This document shows positions 48,360 to 56,382 of a stretch of 56,382 nt of DNA, one piece after another. The DNA comes from a bacterium. Lineage in GTDB: Bacteria > Sysuimicrobiota > Sysuimicrobiia > Sysuimicrobiales > Kaftiobacteriaceae. The notes under the pieces are model-generated. The model saw nothing but the letters and a program-made list of their open reading frames with translations, ran no database searches and was not told the DNA's origin. Made by a program: the position numbers and the translations under genes. The DNA lies in NCBI GenBank assembly GCA_035763845.1, contig DASUAK010000022.1, forward strand, positions 1 to 56,382, in the 5' to 3' direction. Each line of letters begins with the position of its first letter. Position 1 is the first letter of the stretch.

Positions 48360-48632
48360 TCAGTCTTCTTTGATGACCGTGCGGTCCGCGCCGCGGCCGG
48401 ATGCAGCGATGGCGATCACCGCGATCAGGACTACGAGCGCCAGGATCACGATCCAGGTCGTGCTCATACCGCCGCCGCCGGGCGCGTCGGGCGCCGAGGG
48501 AGCGGGCGAGGGGGCCGGTGCAGGCGCGGGCGAAGGAGCGGGCGTGTAGGGCGGCGCGGTTTCCTGGCCGAGCGCGGCCGCGGCCGCGCCGAACGTGACG
48601 AGCAATGTGAGCAGCAGGACGATCAGTCGCAT
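48360..48632 (-). CDS. Small Pro/Ala-rich bitopic membrane protein (hypothetical)
   Basis: GGAGG 6 nt before ATG 48632. Signal peptide MRLIVLLLTLLVTFGAAAAALG, a PAPSPAPAPAPSPAPS linker, GGGG, TM WIVILALVVLIAVIAIAA, and a charged tail. High GC3. Confidence 0.7.
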   Translation of the reverse strand: MRLIVLLLTLLVTFGAAAAALGQETAPPYTPAPSPAPAPAPSPAPSAPDAPGGGGMSTTWIVILALVVLIAVIAIAASGRGADRTVIKED

Positions 48633-48709
48633 CGTGAGCCTCCGTGGGTGCGTCGTCGGGAACGATTTACCCGAGTGCGTGGTATAGTTAATCTACGGAG
48701 GTGGACGCT

Positions 48710-48967
48710 GTGGACATCGACCTTGAACGGGCCCGGCGGGCTCTGACCCAGCTGGGGGAGGCCCTGGACGAAGTGCGGGGCGTCATCCGCTTCGGCCCGG
48801 AGGGCACGGTCCGCATCAAGACGGACGACAAGGTCATCAACCTGCCCATCTCCTGGGCGGTCGCCGCCGCGGTGGCGTTCGTCGTCGCGGCGGTGCTCTC
48901 GAATGTCCCCACGCCGACCGGCCGCCGGCGGCGGTACCGCGACGAGGAGCCGCTCGGCATCGGGTGA
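48710..48967 (+). CDS. Small membrane protein (hypothetical)
   Basis: GGAGG (48697-48701) 8 nt before GTG 48710; the ORF-track start 48701 has no spacer. High GC3. Single TM ISWAVAAAVAFVVAAVLSNV followed by RRRRYRDEE. Confidence 0.65.
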   Translation: MDIDLERARRALTQLGEALDEVRGVIRFGPEGTVRIKTDDKVINLPISWAVAAAVAFVVAAVLSNVPTPTGRRRRYRDEEPLGIG

Positions 48968-49009
48968 TCCGCACCGCAGGAGCACGGTGCGCGGCGGCGT
49001 AACGTACAC

Positions 49010-49226
49010 TCCACAGCGCGCGACGACGGAGAGGAGTAGCCGGACGGAGTCCCAAGCGAGCCCGCGGCGGGTGCGAGCGGGCGGCTCCGGCGGTGAACGG
49101 GGCTCCCGAGCGCGGACGGCTCGTCCCCGATAGAGGACCTCGAGGCGCAGGCCCGCCGGCGGGCCTGAATCAGGGTGGAACCGCGGATGCCCTCCGTCCC
49201 TGGGGACGGATGGGCATCGTTGTTTT
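49010..49226 (+). promoter_or_regulatory. T-box leader (tRNA-sensing riboswitch) of glyQS with intrinsic terminator
   Basis: GGAGAGGAGTAG stem-I motifs. T-box core AATCAGGGTGGAACCGCGG at 49168-49186. Terminator at 49187-49217 is a ~13-bp stem with one bulge, followed by CGTTGTTTT. GGC triplets lie in the specifier region. Confidence 0.85.
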
Positions 49227-49242
49227 CGGGGAGGCAGCGGCC

Positions 49243-50160
49243 ATGACATTCCAGGACGTCATCCTCGCCCTGCAGCGCTTCTGGGCGGCGCAAGGCGCGG
49301 TGCTGGAGCAGCCGTACGACATCGAGGTCGGCGCAGGGACGATGCATCCGGCAACATTCCTCCGCGCCCTGGGACCCGAGCCCTGGCGGGTGGCCTACGT
49401 GCAGCCGTCCCGCCGGCCCGTGGACGGCCGCTACGGGGAGAACCCCAACCGCCTGTTCAAGCACTACCAGTTTCAGGTCGTCCTGAAGCCCTCGCCCGAC
49501 GACGTGCAGGAGACGTACCTGGCCAGCCTCCGCGGGCTAGGCATCGACCTGCTCGAGCACGACATCCGCTTCCTGGAAGATGACTGGGAGGCGCCCACGC
49601 TCGGCGCCTCCGGGCTGGGCTGGCAGGTGTTCCTGGACGGCCAGGAGATCACGCAGTTCACGTACTTCCAGCAGATGGGGGGCCTCGAGGCGCGCCCCGT
49701 CTCCGCCGAGATCACCTACGGCGTGGAGCGCATCACGATGTTCCTCCAGCGCAAGGCCAACATCTTCGAGATCGATTGGGCTCCGGGCATCGCCTACGGG
49801 GAGGTCCGCCGGCAGGACGAGGCCGAGCAGTCGCGCTACGGCTTCGAGCTGGCCGATGCGGCGATGCTGCGCGCGTGGTTCGAGGGGGCGGAGGCGGAGG
49901 CGAAGCGACTGCTCGAGGAGCACCTCGTGCTGCCGGCCTACGACTACGTCCTGAAGTGCTCCCACCTCTTCAATCTCCTCGAGTCCCGCGGGGCGGTGGG
50001 CGTAGCGGAGCGGACCAGCCTGATGGGACGATGCCGCTCCCTGGCCCGGCGGTGCGCCGAAGCCTACGTTGCCGGGCGGGAGGCCCAGGGCTTCCCGCTG
50101 CGCGGAGCCTTCGCGCAGCCCGCCCCGCGCCGCGCGGGCGGGCGGGTGCGCCGTGGCTGA
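49243..50160 (+). CDS. glyQ: Glycine--tRNA ligase alpha subunit
   Basis: [48 protein letters not shown] is highly conserved GlyQ. GGGGAGG upstream. Confidence 0.97.
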   Translation: MTFQDVILALQRFWAAQGAVLEQPYDIEVGAGTMHPATFLRALGPEPWRVAYVQPSRRPVDGRYGENPNRLFKHYQFQVVLKPSPDDVQETYLASLRGLGIDLLEHDIRFLEDDWEAPTLGASGLGWQVFLDGQEITQFTYFQQMGGLEARPVSAEITYGVERITMFLQRKANIFEIDWAPGIAYGEVRRQDEAEQSRYGFELADAAMLRAWFEGAEAEAKRLLEEHLVLPAYDYVLKCSHLFNLLESRGAVGVAERTSLMGRCRSLARRCAEAYVAGREAQGFPLRGAFAQPAPRRAGGRVRRG

Positions 50161-52237
50161 CCTGCTGCTCGAAATCGGCACCGAGGAGCTGCCGCCGGGC
50201 GACGTAGGCCCGGCGATGACGCAGCTGGCCGAGGGCCTGCGCGCGGCGCTCGAGCAGCTGCGGCTGTCCGCCGGCGCGCCCGCAACCTACGGCACGCCGC
50301 GCCGCCTCGCCGTCCTCGTACGGGGCGTGGCCGACCGCCAGAAGCCCGCGGAGCGCCGGGTGCGCGGACCGGCAGCCGGCGCCGCCTTCGATGCCCAGGG
50401 CCGGCCCACCCAGGCGGCGCAGGGGTTCGCCCGCAGCCAGAGAGTGCCCGTGGAGGCGCTCGAGATCGTGGAGGAGACCGGCGGCCGCCGCTACGCCGTC
50501 GCCGTGCTGAAAGACCCGGGGCGGCCCGCCGCCGCGGTACTGCCGGAGGCGCTGGCCGGCGTGATCACCGGCCTGTCGTTCGCGAAGACGATGCGCTGGG
50601 GCGCCGGCGAGATGCGCTTCGCGCGGCCCCTGCGCTGGCTGGTGGCGCTGCTCGGCACCGCCGTTCTGCCGCTCGAGGTCGGAGGGGTGCGCGCGGACCG
50701 CCAGACGCGGGGCCACCGCTCGCTCGCCCCCGGCCCCCGCGCCGTGGCCCGTCCCGCCGATTACCCCCGCGTCCTGCGGGCGGCGAAGGTCATCGCCGAT
50801 CCCGCCTCGCGCCGCCACGCCGTCGAGGCACAGGCCGAGCGCCTCGCCGCGCAGGCGGAAGGGACGGTCGTGCTGGACGTGCGGCTGCTCGAGGAGATCG
50901 TGATGAGCGTCGAGCATCCCTACGCGCTGCGCGGGGCCTTCGACCAGGCCTTCCTGTCGCTGCCGCGCGAGGTGCTGATCACCGTGATGCAGCACCATCA
51001 GAAGTACTTCGCCCTGGAAGACGGGCGGGGGGAGCTGCTGCCGGGCTTCATCGCCGTGCGCGACGGCGGCGCTCAGCACGTCCAGACGGTGCGGCAGGGG
51101 CACGAGTGGGTCCTGGCCGCCCGGCTGGCCGACGCCCGCTTCTTCTTCGAAGAGGACCGCAAGCAGTCGCTGGAAGCGTTCCTGCCCGCTCTGGACGGGC
51201 TCGTCTTCCAGGCGCAGCTGGGCACGGTCGGCGACAAGACGCGCCGGCTGATCTCGCTCGCCGGCACGCTCGCCTCGATGCTCGGGCTCGACGGCCGCAC
51301 CGCGGAAGCCCTGGGCCGCGCGGCGGCGCTGTGCAAGGCGGACCTGGTGACGCGCCTGGTCGGCGAGTTCCCCGAGCTGCAGGGCACGGTTGGCCAGATC
51401 TACGCCGCCCTCGACGGCGAGGGCACCGACGTCGCCCGGGCGATCGGCGAGCACTACCGTCCCACCGGCGCCGGGGACAGCCCCCCGCGCACCGAGCTGG
51501 GAGCGTACCTCGGCCTGATCGACAAGATGGACACGCTGGCCGGCGCGCTCGCCGCGGGCCTGACGCCGACGGGCTCCCAGGATCCGTACGGCCTGCGCCG
51601 GGCGGCGCAGGGGATCGTCGAGATCGTCCTGATGCTGGCTCTGCCGGCGTCCATGAAGACGCTGGCCTACGCGGCCCTCAGCCTGTTCGAGCGGCGGGAC
51701 GAGGACGTGGCCGGGGACGTCGTCGAGTTCCTCCGCCAGCGCCTGCGCGGCGCGCTGATCGACCGCGGCATCCGCTACGACGTCGCGGACGCGGCCCTCG
51801 CCGTCAGCGGCGACGACCTGCTCGCGGCCTCCTCGCGCGCCGATGCCGTGGCCCAGGCGCTGGGCGGGCCCGGCTTCGGCCCCCTGTACGTCGCGTACGA
51901 GCGGGCGGCGCGGATCGCCGTCGGAGACGGGACCGGCCCGGTCGATCCTGCCCTGTTCGAGGCGCCGATCGAGCGGACCCTGTTCGAGGCGCTGCGCTCG
52001 GTCCAGGATCCCGTGGCGGAGGCCGCGCGCGCGGGCGATTACGCCGCGGCGCTGGAGGGGCTGCGGCCGCTGGTGGATCCCGTGAACCAGATCTTCGACG
52101 ACGTGCTCATCATGGCGCCCGACGAGCGGGTGCGGGCGAACCGCCTGGCCCTGCTGCGGTCGGTCGTCGCGGTCTTCCGGCACGTCGCCGACTTCGCGAA
52201 GATCGTGATGGGGGAGCAGGAACGCGCGGTCGGCTAG
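50153..52237 (+). CDS. glyS: Glycine--tRNA ligase beta subunit
   Basis: GTG 50153 gives an 8-nt overlap with gly[13 protein letters not shown] is the canonical GlyS N-terminus. Confidence 0.96.
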   Translation: MADLLLEIGTEELPPGDVGPAMTQLAEGLRAALEQLRLSAGAPATYGTPRRLAVLVRGVADRQKPAERRVRGPAAGAAFDAQGRPTQAAQGFARSQRVPVEALEIVEETGGRRYAVAVLKDPGRPAAAVLPEALAGVITGLSFAKTMRWGAGEMRFARPLRWLVALLGTAVLPLEVGGVRADRQTRGHRSLAPGPRAVARPADYPRVLRAAKVIADPASRRHAVEAQAERLAAQAEGTVVLDVRLLEEIVMSVEHPYALRGAFDQAFLSLPREVLITVMQHHQKYFALEDGRGELLPGFIAVRDGGAQHVQTVRQGHEWVLAARLADARFFFEEDRKQSLEAFLPALDGLVFQAQLGTVGDKTRRLISLAGTLASMLGLDGRTAEALGRAAALCKADLVTRLVGEFPELQGTVGQIYAALDGEGTDVARAIGEHYRPTGAGDSPPRTELGAYLGLIDKMDTLAGALAAGLTPTGSQDPYGLRRAAQGIVEIVLMLALPASMKTLAYAALSLFERRDEDVAGDVVEFLRQRLRGALIDRGIRYDVADAALAVSGDDLLAASSRADAVAQALGGPGFGPLYVAYERAARIAVGDGTGPVDPALFEAPIERTLFEALRSVQDPVAEAARAGDYAAALEGLRPLVDPVNQIFDDVLIMAPDERVRANRLALLRSVVAVFRHVADFAKIVMGEQERAVG

Positions 52238-52303
52238 GGATTCCCTCGCCGATTCGGTAATATGAAGGGGTATCCCACGGGACCCAGATCACCGAGGTGG
52301 AGC

Positions 52304-55084
52304 ATGGCACAGGTAAGGAACCGCAGGACCCGGACCACGGCCCGCACGCGGGCGAAGCCCGCCCGGTCCGCCAAGGGGCGGGGAGCCCAGGCCAAGGGGC
52401 GGGTCGCCGCTGCGCGCGGCCGCCGCTCCGGCCGCTGGACGCTGCTCTTCGAGGAAGGCAACGCGACGATGCGCGAGCTGCTCGGCGGCAAGGGCGCCGG
52501 GCTGGCCGAGATGAGCCGCATCGGCCTGCCGGTGCCGCCCGGCTTCACGATCACGACCGAGGCCTGCCTGGAGTACATCGGCAAGGACCGCCAGTATCCC
52601 GACGGCCTGCTCGACGAGGTGCGCCGCCGGGTGCGCACCGTCGAGGAGCGCACCGGGAAGCGCTTCGGCGATCCGGCCAACCCGCTGCTCGTCTCCGTCC
52701 GCTCCGGCGCGAAGTTCAGTATGCCCGGGATGATGGACACGGTGCTGAACCTCGGCCTGACGCGGCAGACGGTGGAAGGGCTGGCCGCCCGCACGGGCGA
52801 CCGCCGCTTCGCCTTCGACAGCTACCGCCGCTTCATGCAGATGTTCGGCAACGTCGTCCTCGGCATCAAGCACGAGCACTTCGAATCCGTGCTCGAAGGC
52901 CTCAAGCACCGCCGCGGCGTGACGCTGGACACCGAGCTGACGGCGAAGGATCTCGAGGAACTGACCGAAGCGTACCGCAAGGTGGTGCGCTCGCGGCTCG
53001 GCGAGGAGTTCCCCGACGATCCCTGGGCGCAGCTGGAGATGGCCGTCCGCGCGGTGTTCGACTCATGGAACAACCCCCGCGCCGTCACCTACCGGAACTT
53101 CAACAAGATCCCCCACGACCTCGGCACCGCGGTCAACGTCCAGACGATGGTGTTCGGGAACATGGGCACGACCTCGGGCACGGGCGTGGCGTTCACGCGC
53201 AATCCCGCCACCGGCGAGAGGCGCGTGTACGGCGAATACCTGCTGAACGCGCAGGGCGAGGACGTCGTCGCCGGGATCCGCACGCCCAAGCCCATCGAAG
53301 AGCTGGAGCGGGAGTTGCCCAAGGCCTACCGGCAGTTCATGGAGATCTGCGCGCTGCTCGAGAAGCACTACCGGGACGTCCAGGACGTCGAGTTCACGAT
53401 CGAGAACGGCACGCTCTATCTCCTGCAGACCCGCGCCGGCAAGCGCACCGCCCCGGCCGCGGTGAAGATCGCCGTGGACATGGTCGGCGAGAAGCTGATC
53501 TCCAAGGACGAGGCCGTCCTGCGTGTGGAGCCCGCGTCGCTGGAGCAACTGCTGCACCCGCGGCTCGATCCTTCGGCGAGGAAGCAGCCGATCGCCAAGG
53601 GCCTGGCGGCCAGCCCGGGCGCGGCCTCCGGCATCGCCGTCCTCGACGCGGATCGCGCGGCCGAGCTCGGCAAGACCCAGAAGGTCATCCTGGTGCGGCC
53701 GGAGACCAACCCCGACGACATCCACGGCCTCGTCGCCGCCCAGGGCGTGCTGACCACCCGCGGCGGCATGACCAGCCACGCCGCCATCGTGGCGCGCGGC
53801 ATGGGCAAGCCGGCCGTCGTCGGCGCGGAGTCGATCCGGGTGGACGAGGCCGGCCGCCGCTTCACCGCCGGCAGCGTCACCGTGGCCGAGGGCGACACCA
53901 TCACGCTGGACGGGTCCACGGGCGAGGTGATGAGGGGCCAGGTGCCGGTGATCGAGCCGACCCTGACCGGCGAGATCCAGGATCTCCTGCGCTGGGCCGA
54001 CCAGGCCCGCACCCTGGGCGTGCGCGCCAACGCCGACTACCCCCGCGACGCCCGCACCGCGCGGGAGTTCGGCGCCGAGGGGATCGGGCTGTGCCGGACC
54101 GAGCACATGTTCATGGAAGAAGAACGCCTGCCGATCATGCAGCAGATGATCATGGCCGGCACCGAGGCGGATCGCCGCAAGGCCCTGGACCGCCTGCTGG
54201 AGTTCCAGAAGGAGGACTTCAAGGGTCTCTTCCGCGAGATGGGCAGCCTGCCCGTGATCATCCGCCTGCTCGATCCGCCGCTGCACGAGTTCCTGCCGCG
54301 CCTGGAGGAGCTGCTCGTCGAGGTCACCGAGCTGCGGATGCAGGGCGAGACCGAGAAGCTGCGCGAGCGCGAGACGGTGCTGCGCCGCGTGCAGGCCCTG
54401 CACGAGTTCAACCCGATGCTCGGCCTGCGGGGCTGCCGGCTCGGCATCCTCTATCCCGAGATCAACGAGATGCAGGTGCGTGCCATCCTGCTCGCCGCGG
54501 TCGAGATGAAGAAGGAGGAGCGCATCGACGTCGTGCCGGAGATCATGATCCCGCTGATCGGCACGGTGAACGAGCTCCGGGTCGTCCACGAGCAGCTGCA
54601 GGCCGTGGCGCAGGACGTCATCCGGGAGGCCGGGGTGACGGTGCGCTACATGTTCGGGACGATGGTCGAGATCCCGCGGGCCTGCCTCGTCGCCGACGAG
54701 ATCGCCGAGATCGCAGAGTTCTTCTCCTACGGCACGAACGACCTGACGCAGACGATCTTCGGCTTCAGCCGCGATGACGCGCAGGGCAAGTTCCTGCACA
54801 TCTATCTGGAGAAGGGCATCCTCAAGGACGACCCGTTTCAGGTCCTCGACCGCGAGGGCGTCGGCGAGATGATGCAGATCGGCACCGAACGCGGGAAGAA
54901 GACCCGCAAGGATCTCGAGGTGGGCATCTGCGGTGAGCACGGCGGCGAGCCCTCCTCGGTGGAGTTCTGCCACCAGATCGGTCTGGACTACGTCTCCTGC
55001 TCGCCCTACCGGGTCCCGGTGGCCCGGCTGGCCGCGGCGCAGGCGGCGCTCAAGGAGAAGACGCAGGTTACCAAGGACGTGTGA
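52304..55084 (+). CDS. ppdK: Pyruvate, phosphate dikinase (with a ~44-aa basic N-terminal extension)
   Basis: LLGGKGAGLAEM, phospho-His loop TTRGGMTSHAAIVARGMG, and the PEP-utiliser C-terminus ICGEHGGEP. GAGG 6 nt before ATG 52304; ATG 52262 is the in-frame alternative. Confidence 0.93.
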   Translation: MAQVRNRRTRTTARTRAKPARSAKGRGAQAKGRVAAARGRRSGRWTLLFEEGNATMRELLGGKGAGLAEMSRIGLPVPPGFTITTEACLEYIGKDRQYPDGLLDEVRRRVRTVEERTGKRFGDPANPLLVSVRSGAKFSMPGMMDTVLNLGLTRQTVEGLAARTGDRRFAFDSYRRFMQMFGNVVLGIKHEHFESVLEGLKHRRGVTLDTELTAKDLEELTEAYRKVVRSRLGEEFPDDPWAQLEMAVRAVFDSWNNPRAVTYRNFNKIPHDLGTAVNVQTMVFGNMGTTSGTGVAFTRNPATGERRVYGEYLLNAQGEDVVAGIRTPKPIEELERELPKAYRQFMEICALLEKHYRDVQDVEFTIENGTLYLLQTRAGKRTAPAAVKIAVDMVGEKLISKDEAVLRVEPASLEQLLHPRLDPSARKQPIAKGLAASPGAASGIAVLDADRAAELGKTQKVILVRPETNPDDIHGLVAAQGVLTTRGGMTSHAAIVARGMGKPAVVGAESIRVDEAGRRFTAGSVTVAEGDTITLDGSTGEVMRGQVPVIEPTLTGEIQDLLRWADQARTLGVRANADYPRDARTAREFGAEGIGLCRTEHMFMEEERLPIMQQMIMAGTEADRRKALDRLLEFQKEDFKGLFREMGSLPVIIRLLDPPLHEFLPRLEELLVEVTELRMQGETEKLRERETVLRRVQALHEFNPMLGLRGCRLGILYPEINEMQVRAILLAAVEMKKEERIDVVPEIMIPLIGTVNELRVVHEQLQAVAQDVIREAGVTVRYMFGTMVEIPRACLVADEIAEIAEFFSYGTNDLTQTIFGFSRDDAQGKFLHIYLEKGILKDDPFQVLDREGVGEMMQIGTERGKKTRKDLEVGICGEHGGEPSSVEFCHQIGLDYVSCSPYRVPVARLAAAQAALKEKTQVTKDV

Positions 55085-56172
55085 GCACGACGCGGTCGCC
55101 GCGCGAGGTCACGGAGCAGTGGGAGCGTGAGCGCTTCAGCCCTCACGCCGCGCTGGCCGCGGCCTCGCGCGGCCGCGAGACCGCCGAGGCCCAGGACGCG
55201 CTGCGCACCGTCTTCCAGCGCGACCGCGACCGGGTCATCCACAGCAAGGCGTTCCGGAGGCTGAAGCACAAAACCCAGGTCTTCCTCGCCCCCGAAGGCG
55301 ACCACTACCGCACGCGGCTCACCCACACGATCGAGGTGGCGCAGGTCGCCCGCACCGCCGCCCGCGCCCTGCGCCTGAACGAAGACCTCACCGAAGCGAT
55401 CGCCCTGGCCCACGACCTCGGCCACCCGCCGTTCGGCCACGCCGGCGAGGCCGCCCTCGACGAGGCGATGCGCCCCGTGGGCGGCTTCAAGCACGACGAG
55501 CAGAGCCTGCGGGTCGTCCGGCTGCTCGAGCGGCGCACGCGCGCCGACGGGACGGTGGTCCCGGGGCTCAACCTCACCTGGGAGGTCCGGGACGGCATCG
55601 GGGGGCACTCCAAAGGGCTGCGCGACCTCGAGGCGGGCTCGCCCGCCGAGGCGCTGCCGGCGACGTGGGAAGGGCAGGTCGTCCGGCTGGCCGACCGCAT
55701 CGCCTACGTGCACCACGACACCGACGACGCCGCACGGGCGGACCTCATCGCGGAGGAAGAGGTGCCGCCGGACGTCCGGGCGGTGCTCGGACAGCACCGC
55801 GGGGGGTGGCTGGGCGCGCTCGTCGGGGATCTGGTCCAGACGACGGAGCGCGCGGGCAGCGTCGGCCTGAGCGACCAGGCCCGGGAAGCCCTGAACCGCC
55901 TCAAAGACTTCCTGACCGACCGGGTCTACATGGGTCCCGCCGCGGCAGGCGAGGTGGACGGGGCGCGGCGGCTCGTCCTCGCCCTGTACGCCTATCACCT
56001 GGAGCACCCGGAGGACCTCTCTCCGGAGTACCGGGAGCTGATCAGGCAGGGGGAGGCGCTGCCCCGCGTCGTCGGCGACTTCCTGGCCGGGATGACCGAC
56101 CGCTACGCGATCCGGGCCGCCGAGATTCACCTGGGGGAGACCCTGTTCTCCCCCAGGAGCTGGGCGCTCTGA
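55081..56172 (+). CDS. dgt: dGTP triphosphohydrolase-like HD-domain protein
   Basis: GTG 55081 overlaps the ppdK stop (GTGA). FQRDRDRVIHSKAFRRLKHKTQVF, RLTHTIEVAQV, LAHDLGHPPFGH. Confidence 0.92.
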   Translation: MSTTRSPREVTEQWERERFSPHAALAAASRGRETAEAQDALRTVFQRDRDRVIHSKAFRRLKHKTQVFLAPEGDHYRTRLTHTIEVAQVARTAARALRLNEDLTEAIALAHDLGHPPFGHAGEAALDEAMRPVGGFKHDEQSLRVVRLLERRTRADGTVVPGLNLTWEVRDGIGGHSKGLRDLEAGSPAEALPATWEGQVVRLADRIAYVHHDTDDAARADLIAEEEVPPDVRAVLGQHRGGWLGALVGDLVQTTERAGSVGLSDQAREALNRLKDFLTDRVYMGPAAAGEVDGARRLVLALYAYHLEHPEDLSPEYRELIRQGEALPRVVGDFLAGMTDRYAIRAAEIHLGETLFSPRSWAL

Positions 56173-56285
56173 GGGCCGGCGAGGAGCCCGAACGGGTCGG
56201 GGCGAACTCTGCGGGGACCCGGCGGCAGTAACCCGGTCCAGCGCGGCGAAGTGGCGAAGTGAGAGACGGGAGGAGGGATCGCCTC

Positions 56286-56382
56286 GTGGTCCGGGAGCGC
56301 GAGCCGCTGCACGTCATCGTCCAGGGGAAGCACATCGCCGTCACGCCCGCCCTGCGCGAGTACGCAGAGGAGAAGCTCGGCC
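56286..56382 (+). CDS. hpf: Ribosome hibernation promoting factor (5' partial, runs off the window)
   Basis: GGAGGAGGG 9 nt before GTG 56286. LHVIVQGKHIAVTPALREYAEEKLG matches the HPF/RaiA N-terminus pattern (I.G...E.T.AL..Y...K). Confidence 0.75.
   Translation, partial: MVREREPLHVIVQGKHIAVTPALREYAEEKLG

Noticed and set aside
52262-52303. ATG 52262 (MKGYPTGPRSPRWS...) as the ppdK start.
   Set aside because: It has no SD and lies inside a TAATAT -10-like element (52258-52263). ATG 52304 has GAGG at proper spacing. 52262 cannot be excluded, and it would make the basic extension even longer.
56245-56261. Tandem GCGAAGTG GCGAAGTG upstream of hpf.
   Set aside because: There are only two 8-nt copies, with no match to a known operator or to a sigma-B or sigma-H promoter pattern. 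Likely chance.

Overview
56.4-kb, gene-dense chromosomal core segment at roughly 70% G+C. Genuine genes have G/C at more than 90% of third codon positions, and I used this to choose between overlapping ORFs. I call about 55 CDS, almost all on the + strand. Gene order is a compressed version of the Bacillus subtilis comE-to-glyS region: thrS, comEC-holA, rpsT(-), murJ, hrcA-dnaJ-prmA-rsmE, carAB, argCJBDGH-argR, pgpH-ybeY-dgkA, cdd-era, recO, glyQS, ppdK-dgt, hpf. This points to a high-GC Bacillota-like organism; none of the sporulation genes found in the Bacillus block are present. Inserted blocks: (1) a sugar-type ABC importer plus a GH63 glucosyl-/mannosylglycerate-hydrolase-like enzyme; (2) a general amino-acid ABC importer; (3) a CNNM/CorC-type gene plus DUF502; (4) a pore-less MgtE sensor protein coupled to an NRMT-type Nramp; (5) several small exported or membrane proteins. 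Cis-elements readable in the sequence: two T-box leaders (thrS, glyQS), a perfect CIRCE operator, tandem ARG boxes at the argC promoter, an attenuator-like leader with a 21-codon uORF before carA, and strong hairpins after both ABC binding-protein genes. I found no rRNA, tRNA, CRISPR, transposase or prophage signal. The best candidates for undescribed biology are the MgtE-sensor/NRMT gene pair and the carA leader. All product calls rest on motif recall and synteny; no searches were run. The many long antisense ORFs (up to 1501 aa) are treated as high-GC artefacts.
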